Source of the DNA: Syntrophotaleaceae bacterium
GTDB taxonomy: Bacteria; Desulfobacterota; Desulfuromonadia; Desulfuromonadales; Syntrophotaleaceae
Assembly (NCBI GenBank): GCA_041390365.1
Contig: JAWKQB010000005.1
Span: forward strand, 32,457-96,456
DNA: 64,000 nt
Direction: 5' to 3'
Shown: in pieces, positions 46,701-52,109 of the stretch
Layout: each line of letters starts with the position of its first letter
How positions within the stretch are numbered: position 1 is the first letter of the stretch
The notes under the pieces: model-generated
Databases searched by the model: none
Told to the model about the DNA's origin: nothing
Seen by the model: only the letters and a program-made list of their open reading frames with translations
Position numbers and translations under genes: made by a program

Positions 46701-47850
46701 TACGGCTATTTTCCCCTGTACTGACCAGTTTGGAGGCCATCAGTTCTATCTGACTGGCTTTTTCAGGCGACGTGGCGGCCATTGCGTCCCAATTCTGGTA
46801 TACTTCATTGCCGTACATTCCGATTAATCCAAGATTGGCCTCCAGAGCACCTCCTTCATATACTATTTCTACTAATCCTTGGTTGTTTATCTGCTCACGT
46901 ACGTTCTCCCAGTTTTGTTCATTGATTGTTATCTCGTTGCCTTCTGCATCTATAAAAACGATGTCAACATCCTCTCCTCTTTTCAGATTTTCCAGATAAT
47001 TCCAGTTTTCATTGGATATATTTTTTCCTTCGCTTTTTGTTTCTTTCAATACAACCCGTCCTAACTGATTAACTACCTCGCCGGCATTCTCCTGAACCAC
47101 ATTTACCCTATAGCCCAGCTCGATGCGCGTCTGAGACTCAGTCTCCTGCTCCAGCAAAACCTTCGTACCTGCAGCCAATCCGATCTGTCCCGCGGTTGCA
47201 CTGATGGTGTCCTCGTTGACGACCTTTTGGCCCAGCAGAAAAATCCGTCCACCAACCTCTGTGGCGGTGATAGTTCCCTGATTGCGGATGCCGTAGCCGG
47301 AGTCGGTTGCCGCGTAGTCGGCAAGACCCATGTAGTCTTCCGCCTGAAAGGTCAGGTTGTTGTTGATAAAGTTGGTATCGCTGATATTGAGGGTGGAAGC
47401 GGTCAGGGAGCCGACGTTGACCTGGGAGCCTTCGCCGAAGAGGATGCCGTTCTGGTTGATCAGGTAGATATGGCCGTCTGCTTTGAGCGTGCCGTAGATC
47501 TGACTGGGGTTTTGGTCGTGGATGCGATTGAGGGCGGCCCAGCTGCTGTTGCCCTGCTGCTCGAAATAGGTGGTGGCACCCTTGCCGATGTTGAAGGATT
47601 CCCAGTCGATGATGACTTTGGAGGTTTTCTGGTGGATGGTCAGAGTATCGCCTGAATAGTTGGCTTCGGCCACAGTGTCCGGGTCCACGCCTGAGGGAAC
47701 CGCCACATTGAACCCCGTGGGCAGGGTTCCTTCCGGCACATTGGGCAGGTCGGCGGCGTTGTTGAAAGCCGAATACCGGCCGGCATAACTCGCCACGGGT
47801 GCGAAGGTCAACAGCCACACCAGCCATGCAGCACATATTTTTCGCAACAT
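37762..47850 (-). CDS. giant two-partner-secretion exoprotein (TpsA, filamentous-haemagglutinin-like beta-helix adhesin), 3362 aa
   Basis: Signal peptide. N-terminal TPS domain (TLTIHQKTSKVIIDWESFNIGKGATTYFEQ...AALNRIHDQNPSQIYGTLKADGHIYLINQNGILFGEGSQVNVGSLTAST). The remaining approx. 3000 aa are Gly/Asp/Ser/Thr-rich beta-helix-type repeats. Confidence 0.9.
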   Translation of the reverse strand: MLRKICAAWLVWLLTFAPVASYAGRYSAFNNAADLPNVPEGTLPTGFNVAVPSGVDPDTVAEANYSGDTLTIHQKTSKVIIDWESFNIGKGATTYFEQQGNSSWAALNRIHDQNPSQIYGTLKADGHIYLINQNGILFGEGSQVNVGSLTASTLNISDTNFINNNLTFQAEDYMGLADYAATDSGYGIRNQGTITATEVGGRIFLLGQKVVNEDTISATAGQIGLAAGTKVLLEQETESQTRIELGYRVNVVQENAGEVVNQLGRVVLKETKSEGKNISNENWNYLENLKRGEDVDIVFIDAEGNEITINEQNWENVREQINNQGLVEIVYEGGALEANLGLIGMYGNEVYQNWDAMAATSPEKASQIELMASKLVSTGENSRTSTPITPSTETYVVDKNIQVDANIKIHGISYDSEDTVARVEHRGIIDAPSGNVTIDAGERVYLAEDSIIDVSGLWVTKGAESLVLETTLNSLELRDYFAQKGGILQGQTIRFLATEGSAIGDVSGVLNTQEQTAAELATTGGTIIINSGLNQEAGNTADIIVRDGALLDFSGGGIEYDSGTVEVTGLVSGSSLPDIASASQWGRYSATKNVEKYIPDHVAGADAGILKLIAPRIVLDGVLKGQATIGAYQIYDNKEEAKGLLSLLRPKGGFLQLGELIGDNNSPGDRDAILESVRVVDSTTSLSDFSESDELNENQINIISARKIEEAGLGSLTVSTNGEFTLAENAEIGLQAGGSLSVYARRIIQEGRVYVPSGDLAYSLLENVTSTTEADPRYGEYESRFYLGEKAVIDVSGERNDNRLVSGSDSIVQGILDGGTVTISDLASPVCALVLAQGSRIDVSGGYQWSEDGDIEGGDAGSLTIQGDALFLDGELTGLALIGQTGSELNLHASDLTVTAALVGDSGMTADSELPPGYEGLVLSTTQLRDSGFTRINLKSARDLIVKSGVHLQPSVARLQPGSEFNTETSAEQSRYEALGIFPSSTAWQVPNAADGQPLPGYLGASTITLASGKPIDAKPDPSVPEEETRIARTIVESGATLSVGPTGQIGISGPGVEINGVLEALAGEVNVTASSTFATLGYDPLILGEEARILAGGWNEPGTAPASGLVRSQSPHDGGSVTITSSDTLLIAEGAVVDVSAAPDTRTWIRDKYHRLNQVPIGGDPGEITLSFANLELGGQLLAKAYRASGQGGSLTLINTDLTTNWSLDSEDFDYWLAGGFDALTLRGYSGLSFNGEISARLDRSLVLDTTRITAGEDADVWLESPWVRLINSVGVFEDADAVAIGEGQLVLAGEWIDLVGDLQLSGFDNVYLGADRELRVSDFDYQLRLRDDSDSLTWSGKLAHSGDLIMTGRIFPEVPDDLAGEFAAFAGSGLADQDSFSSALTADFKFQIGGKITTLPGSIDSTRALTSAGGSITLEAGGGIEHRGTIEAPYGTVALIATGEGDDENSGRVYLAPGSLLRTTGSGATAYGTLADGTWFNDTKDTSASERDHEEVTEALGHGVTISGEQVLMAEGAQIDVSGGGAIFAYQFQPGVDGSTNPLSGALIVVPDPDQQLPGEAVYLQGVEGVADGVYSVVSEDYALVASAYTEIRQDYTRQSGQKAELAAESAALAVENEALAAGAEDEISAAQYTALAEQYRQEAADYGRQAEQYALMAEQYAELADEYSQFENALVLADLGTIYQAGGAQYTEEGYRIVAGYQTWQGTDIDAAALKSYSVRKLRDLLAEGDFEVAAFAQGDAGSISLLGETTVVDGTLNASPLEGLYTGGSMTLSGAEVVVTASSQGTSAIAWDEFGFADGLSAEHLDTLLIDGGALSGFAAVELGQEDKTTKITLEEGSELQVAGTSLTLTCGKNGDLADGENGIYLMKDSTIEAGEVTFNAPDVEVVLGEGSKVHVSDALNLATNDLELRGDGLEGHFQIDNSTVNLLGKRIVFVEGDDTGGEQGLVITREFWSLFENIANIGLKSESDIAFNGSFNLEVNNQLYLDEARLVGNGGDVRLAAQTIILGNSGQKSNEGSAEDIGNLTLVANVVQMANGDVRTDGFRTINIEAAEKVSVTGQGSFTLDGDLTVSTPLVKVTGERNSLDTYEAADYLIDGGIGTVAILGGDDGIPEAGNAGGRFEIAAGTIRVDSIVDNTAGTTTLNGSDSVSVEENGKILNRGNAYFSGGRVQVIAEDGEIDLAAGSLIDVSGGAQGDAGSIKLVDGTGGVNLAGELRGRRGSENGHGGSFDMDIAAVADFSSLNTQLHEGGFDERIAVRARSGDLNIAAADIVRAQEVYLAADAGGVSLAGTLDASGDSGGTVELHSGQDLTLASGSLIDVSGDAGEGGSVVLNSRDGWVNMASGALIDASGSGQGGSIHFRAAREDGVAGSTGINLQGTIIGADKVIAEGVETYSVDGPLNQIIFNSYLADAEAWIANAEDLFDNLALESTDIEALQLRAGIEATSDGNLTVGALNLSDSNVLGNLVVRAAGNMTVTGTVRDGNGVMTTSPVQDSWGISLVAGADPAAADFTATVRDTGTLTIGNNLQVYSESGPVTLAAGDSIHIGTAAVNGGTMISSAIPFNIGSYSGAVEVRTEGNLTINGGVIQTATGDIDLRIGGNLSLNQSGNTLGTVRTLGEAQAGATDYWDYDHGGDVFVDVDGSIIGGYNRNGWDKVTSKLVMINGRRVRKYSWQPSYDGSSTTQGLATLGGGNLTVRTGADFTTQAGTFGSGNFTLSAGGDLSGRFLNRQGTASIASLGNIGATDDQQSFEILDTVLQVTAQGDLHASVVDPFIAHPDHEGMTSSSTTWTLGMTEETSMFLQSIGGDVVLYGEHPIYPSDDAKDWWRSVLPATVVIQAGRDIVLKQLFGMLPSSEGNLQLVAGRDIRAESVGQTISGIIMNDDDPADVYATDGSIDKSQFFSAEASNRNSDLHKDDGQAIEITAGRNIENIAFRLPKMAHITAGGDIRYLRYVGQNFNEDDVSLISASNSIVVESALKKNTATESLFGIEQGGPGALIVQAGYSLDLGTSRGIVASGSAKNSALGSEGADLLVLVGYDTKVSTTDATENFSLEDAAVFFAALKVYGQELVEAQADGRTADANAIVEKARSELIEMVFGPAPGITERQAGRGYLKMVESLISTTAGASNIYIAAAGDIDVGRSSINDSGTNKGTGIFTTAGGDISILNIGDLNVFESRVMTYGGSDIFVWADQGDINAGRGSRTAISQTDKTIYVDEYGEYRVSYSPPAVGSGIRALTYDPDGVAGIKEKPDPGDIILVAPEGIIDAGEAGIAGGRILLAATEVRNAQNISFSLGSVGVPTSSGTSGLGALAGVSSLTEVSSLVEQAASFGPRDGLTPAKVVDDFLGKWLDVEVTGFVL

Positions 47851-47867
47851 TGTCGCCCCCTATCGAA

Positions 47868-47923
47868 AATCAGTGATCAGTCATGATTGATCAGTGATCG
47901 GTGTTCAATGACTGAAACCTGAC
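47868..47923. repeat. heptamer tandem array, unit GATCAGT (8 units)
   Basis: aatcagt gatcagt catgatt gatcagt gatcggt gttcaat gactgaa acctgac. Confidence 0.9.
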
Positions 47924-47967
47924 CAGAAAATAGATTTGTTATTTAGCGTGGACCAGCAACAAGCAAC

Positions 47968-49575
47968 CTAAAAGTAATATTTCAGCCGGAAATGGCCCCG
48001 GATGTCGCCGCTGTCGGCGCGGGCGGTGGCCGAGAGGGCCATGGCCAGGTCGAGCTCGTAATCGAACATCTTCCACAGTTCGCCGCGCAGACCCAGTCCG
48101 GTGCCCTGCAGTTCGAACTCGTCCGTCTGATCGGGCAGGGGATCCTTGACCCACAAACGGGCATAGTCGTAGAACAGATAGGGGCGCAGTTCCATCCAGT
48201 TCTCCCAGCCGGCCAGTTTGCCGACGTCGGGCAGCAGCCATTCGATGGAGGCGCGGACCCCGTTGTCCCCGAGGGAATCGCTCTCCTTGTAGCCGCGAAC
48301 GCTTTCCATGCCGCCGGCGGAGAACTGCTCGCTGGACACAAGCGGTTCGCTGGCCACCTGACCCTTGACCGCCAGGGCCAGGTCCATGTCCCAGGGCAGC
48401 TGCTGCTCCCGCTCCAGGCCGACATTCAGGTAGAAGTAGTCGCCCCGGGCCTGGTAGCGCTTGCCGGAGAACTCCTCCTCGCTGCCGACCAGACCGCGAA
48501 AATGCCAGTTGAGGGCGGCCTGCAGGCGGGTGTTCCCCGTCTTGCCGAGCAGGGTGCCGTTGTAGCCAATGGAGAAGGGGAGGTAGGAGATGGGGGTTTC
48601 GGTGTCCTCCTCGTCCTCGCCGACAAAACCGAGGGTTTCCTCGAAATCCTTGTAGTCCACGCCAAAGCTGATGGAGTGGTAATACTTCTTGTAAGGGTCC
48701 AGGGGCACCAGATAGCGGGCGCCGAGAATGAAACCCTTGCCGATGACGTTGAAGCCCTCGCCGAAGGCGGTCTCGCTGTCGGTCCACAGGGCGTAGCCGG
48801 CCAGGTAATGCTTTTTCTGCCAGGGCGTCGGCAGCACGTAGGAGCCGCCGAGGACCTGCACCTCACTCGGCTCCAGGGGCGCTGTCTGGTACTGGAAGGA
48901 GGCCGAATGCTTGCGCTGCCAGAGATTGTCGTAGCGGATCAAGCCATTGAGCCGCAGCTCGCTGGTATCGTGAGTCGAGCGGTTGTTTATTTCGACACTT
49001 GCATGCAGAGGCATCCGGTCCTCGACGGTCAGCACCACGTCGTCCACCCCCATGTCCCGGGCCGGCTCCAGCTTGAGCCGCACGGTCAGGTCGGGGTTGG
49101 CGTTGAGGGCGTTGAGCTGCTCTTCCACATCGGGGATGTAGATGATCTTTCCCGGCTGCAGCGCGGGCAGCTCCTCCATAATGCCGGCCTTGGTGAAGTA
49201 GCGGTTTTCGTTGACCAGCACCTGGCCGATGCGTGATTCGATCACCTTGAGACGGATTTCGCCCCCCTCGACCATCTGCTCCGGAATGTTGACCATCACC
49301 CGCAGGAAGCCGTTTTCCTGGTAGAACTTCTCCAGCTTGGTCCGGGCGTCCTCGACGACATCGGCGGTTTTTTCAGGACCGGTAAATTCCATGAGCAGTT
49401 CGTCGAGCAGTTCGCCGGGATACAGGGTGTTGCCCTCGACGACGAACTGGCGGATCTCGAAGGTCGGCCCTGCGTCGGTCTCCGCAGATTGTTCCTCAGC
49501 CCAGACCGTGGATGCCAGAAACCCTGCCGCAAGGATGAGACTCAAGATGCTTACAGCCAAACGCAGCGTCCTCAA
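47968..49575 (-). CDS. TpsB transporter (ShlB/FhaC/HecB family, POTRA + 16-strand barrel)
   Basis: POTRA-like FEIRQFVVEGNTLYP...LEKFYQENGFLRV. Barrel ending ...GHFRLKYYF. I prefer the TTG at 49575 (GGAGGA SD 6 nt upstream, giving MRTLRLAVSILSLILAAGFLASTVWA). The track ATG at 49656 adds 27 aa that are a translation of heptamer repeats. Confidence 0.85.
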   Translation of the reverse strand: MRTLRLAVSILSLILAAGFLASTVWAEEQSAETDAGPTFEIRQFVVEGNTLYPGELLDELLMEFTGPEKTADVVEDARTKLEKFYQENGFLRVMVNIPEQMVEGGEIRLKVIESRIGQVLVNENRYFTKAGIMEELPALQPGKIIYIPDVEEQLNALNANPDLTVRLKLEPARDMGVDDVVLTVEDRMPLHASVEINNRSTHDTSELRLNGLIRYDNLWQRKHSASFQYQTAPLEPSEVQVLGGSYVLPTPWQKKHYLAGYALWTDSETAFGEGFNVIGKGFILGARYLVPLDPYKKYYHSISFGVDYKDFEETLGFVGEDEEDTETPISYLPFSIGYNGTLLGKTGNTRLQAALNWHFRGLVGSEEEFSGKRYQARGDYFYLNVGLEREQQLPWDMDLALAVKGQVASEPLVSSEQFSAGGMESVRGYKESDSLGDNGVRASIEWLLPDVGKLAGWENWMELRPYLFYDYARLWVKDPLPDQTDEFELQGTGLGLRGELWKMFDYELDLAMALSATARADSGDIRGHFRLKYYF

Positions 49576-49594
49576 CGCTTTTCCTCCATATAAA

Positions 49595-49705
49595 ATTCGT
49601 AATTCGTGATGCGTAAGGCGTAAGGGGTAAAATTCGGTCAAAAACCTTGGCTTCATGGCTACAAGCCTTTCTCACCAATTACCTGTTACGCCTTACGATT
49701 CACGG
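49595..49705. repeat. inverted pair of heptamer arrays (ATTCGTA/AGGCGTA versus GTTACGC/CTTACGA)
   Basis: cgtaaggcgtaa (49612-49623) is perfectly complementary to ttacgccttacg (49686-49697). The arrays flank a spacer of about 40 nt. Confidence 0.9.
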
Positions 49706-50896
49706 CATTTCAGTTTCCGCCAGTGCGCGCAGTTCCCGATACAGGATATTTCCGTCCTTGAACCCTTCCGCCTTCTGCAGAACCTCCCCATCAGGATTCA
49801 GGTAGACGACCATCGGGTAGTTTTCCTGCCCGAACTTCTCCTTGAACTGCTTTTCCACGTCCGAATTGATCTTCAGCCAGACGAACCGGTCCTGAAGACT
49901 TTTGACCCGGGGATCCTCCACGCTCTCGCCAAGCAGACGCTTGCACCAGGAACACCAGTCGGCGTAGAGAACCAGGACCGCCGGCTTGTTTTCCTGCCGG
50001 GCCCGTTTCAGGCCGCTGTCGAACTCCTCGCCCCAGACGATGATCTTTTCGTCGTAGGTACCGGCAGGAACCCGGGACAGAACCTCCAGGTCGAGAACGA
50101 GCGCCTTGCCGATCGTCAGGGGGTTGGCGTCCACCGTGAAAGAGACTCCATCGGTTGCCACGATTCTGCCCTTGCGGTCCTCGAGCATGAATTCGGCTCC
50201 GAGTTTGGGAGTAAGCCGCGTGAGGATCTTCTGATCCTCGACAAGGATCTGCACGGTGCCGAACGGTTCCTCTATCTCTTTTCCGTTTTCAGCCTGCATT
50301 TCGAGAACAACCGAACTTTCCTCGACTTTTGCGACCCTGGTCTGAATATAGGGTGAAAGGTGCAATTCCCTGCCGACCTCAGGAAAGCCGCCGGTCAATT
50401 GCACATATCTTTCTGCGGGCAGTACCAGGCTGACGGGAAAAACCTTTTCGCAGGGCAGCTCACGACGCAGAGAGGGATCGGCAGGGCCGAAAGCCTCCTC
50501 AGAAGGTACGGTCACAGTGCGGCTTTGGCCGGGAACCATGTCGAGCACCGCGCTCGCCAGTCCGGGCACGACAGCCGCCTTCCCGGCAACAACCTCCTCG
50601 GGCCGATACGCTTCCGGATCACGGTAACCGTCCATTCTGGCCCTGTCCGGATCGCGGGCCACTCCCTCGCGGGTAGTGTAGAGCAACCGACCGTCCTCCA
50701 GGGTCGCCGTCACCTCGACGGTCACGACATCTCCCGGGCCGACCGGACTGGAAGGAACCTCGGCAGAGGATGCATTTTTCGCCGTATCGATGACCGGAGA
50801 TGCGCAGCCAGCGGCAAAGAGGGCTCCAGTCAGGCCCAAAAGGCATAAACAGCTGAGACATAACCTTTTCAAGCAGATGCGCACCAGACCGATCAT
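49700..50896 (-). CDS. lipoprotein: SlyD-like FKBP-type PPIase domain(s) fused to a C-terminal thioredoxin-fold domain
   Basis: Lipobox LFAAGC. GDVVTVEVTATLEDGRLLYTT ... VDANPLTIGKALVLDLEV (FKBP/SlyD pattern). C-terminal AVLVLYADWCSWCKRL (Trx CxxC). ATGA overlap with the upstream FKBP gene. Confidence 0.65.
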   Translation of the reverse strand: MIGLVRICLKRLCLSCLCLLGLTGALFAAGCASPVIDTAKNASSAEVPSSPVGPGDVVTVEVTATLEDGRLLYTTREGVARDPDRARMDGYRDPEAYRPEEVVAGKAAVVPGLASAVLDMVPGQSRTVTVPSEEAFGPADPSLRRELPCEKVFPVSLVLPAERYVQLTGGFPEVGRELHLSPYIQTRVAKVEESSVVLEMQAENGKEIEEPFGTVQILVEDQKILTRLTPKLGAEFMLEDRKGRIVATDGVSFTVDANPLTIGKALVLDLEVLSRVPAGTYDEKIIVWGEEFDSGLKRARQENKPAVLVLYADWCSWCKRLLGESVEDPRVKSLQDRFVWLKINSDVEKQFKEKFGQENYPMVVYLNPDGEVLQKAEGFKDGNILYRELRALAETEMP

Positions 50897-51705
50897 GGAA
50901 TCTGACTCTCCTCTCCCCTGGAAACCTCAACATCGCAAACCAGATTCTGGCCGGCCAGAGGATGACCATAATCAACGGTGAAAAAGGCATCGTCCACATC
51001 GGCAACCTTGCCAACCATAGGACCCGAACGCACCAGATCTCCTTTTTCCACTAGGATTTCCAGCAGATAGGAGTTCTGATCGGCACTGACCCTGGCCCTG
51101 CCAAAGGGGGTATCGATCAATTCGCCGACGGGGGCGTGAAAGTCGACCACCACTTCGCTTTCGCTGACTGAAGTCACTTTTCCCGGGATGGCCGGATCGA
51201 AGGTCATTTCCTGACCAATTTCGGGATTTTTCCCGGTCCGGCCTTTGTATTCATCGACGGTCATATGCAGCCCTCGGGGGCGCCGCCGCACCTTCGCCAG
51301 CCTTATGGTCCCGGAGGGCCTGACCGGGGCCTTGGCCGCGGCAACTTCAATCCCGCTCAAAGTCCCCGGTACCTGACCAACGACGGCCTGTCCAAGCTGA
51401 ACGGCGATGGCATCAGCAAAATCGAAGGGGGCCGAGCCGCTCTGGGAAACCTTTTCCTGGCCTGCGATCCATTCAAGAGGAGCATCGTTTTTCAGAGCCA
51501 GGTAGATGGCGGACCTCTTCTCCTCGGGGCTGATCGCTCCATCCCTGTAGGTGGAGGCGGTCAGTTCGCCATTTTTCAGGCGGCAGACATAATTTATCCG
51601 CACCCTGTCACCGCTCCGGAAAGGCATTTCATTCTGCGCAGCCGCCGGATATGACACCAAAATGGCTGCGCCCAACAACAAATAAGTAAATAGAGAGAAC
51701 TTCAT
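50893..51705 (-). CDS. secreted SlyD-like FKBP-type peptidyl-prolyl isomerase
   Basis: ATG at 51705 with a GGAG SD (MKFSLFTYLLLGAAILVSYPAAA signal). GDRVRINYVCRLKNGELTAST ... VDYGHPLAGQNLVCDVEV. Confidence 0.7.
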   Translation of the reverse strand: MKFSLFTYLLLGAAILVSYPAAAQNEMPFRSGDRVRINYVCRLKNGELTASTYRDGAISPEEKRSAIYLALKNDAPLEWIAGQEKVSQSGSAPFDFADAIAVQLGQAVVGQVPGTLSGIEVAAAKAPVRPSGTIRLAKVRRRPRGLHMTVDEYKGRTGKNPEIGQEMTFDPAIPGKVTSVSESEVVVDFHAPVGELIDTPFGRARVSADQNSYLLEILVEKGDLVRSGPMVGKVADVDDAFFTVDYGHPLAGQNLVCDVEVSRGEESQIP

Positions 51706-51741
51706 AGGCACTCCGTCAATTCGCGTCATTTATCCGGGCGG

Positions 51742-51793
51742 CAAAAAAACAAAACCCCAGCCGATAGGGTGCAATAAACCCTCTCGGCTGGGG
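51742..51793 (-). terminator. strong Rho-independent terminator, 37 nt upstream of the FKBP start codon
   Basis: Minus-strand RNA CCCCAGCCGAGAGGG-UUUAUUGCA-CCCUAUCGGCUGGGG (14 bp, 1 mismatch) followed by UUUUGUUUUUUUG. Confidence 0.8.
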
Positions 51794-51920
51794 CTGTTCG
51801 ATACCTGATAAGGTCGAACCGGTAACCCGGCCTCTGGTGTCCGATACTTTTCGCGGCCGAAAAGGCCGTATTTCCGGTCGCCGGCTGCCTCAAAAGATTC
51901 CCGGACGACACGGGAACTTT
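51794..51920 (-). promoter_or_regulatory. structured leader (candidate riboswitch, attenuator or small RNA) ending in the terminator above
   Basis: Successive hairpins in the minus-strand RNA: UUCCCG-ugucguc-CGGGAA; CCG-GAA-AUAC[CGGCC-uuuuc-GGCCG]CGAAAAGUAUCGG; GUUCGA-ccuuaucaggua-UCGAAC. No upstream minus-strand gene exists, because the neighbouring gene is divergent. Confidence 0.45.
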
Positions 51921-52109
51921 TTATAGAAGAGAAATGTTAGGAGAATATTTTTTGAATCGCCTTTCTGACAATTTTTTGACCGGGCCTTTTCCGCTTCATT
52001 TTTTACACCCCCTCCTTGACCTTCATAGGCGGAGGTGGGGATAATTACAGCTCCAGGAGGCTGGTTACCATCTTTTTCAATTCCATTCTCAACAACAAAG
52101 GTCTTTCAT

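Noticed and set aside
51726-51911. 61-aa minus-strand ORF overlapping the leader
   Set aside because: It spans the terminator hairpin and U-tract, has no SD, and its composition looks random. The region is better explained as RNA structure.
51794-51920. Assigning the leader to the GEMM-I (c-di-GMP/cGAMP) riboswitch class that is common in Geobacter relatives
   Set aside because: The conserved GGCAAAC, GNRA-capped P1 and ACGCAAAGCC junction sequences are not present. It also has no match by eye to the TPP, cobalamin, glycine, fluoride, ZTP or Moco cores. I therefore left it as an unclassified structured leader.
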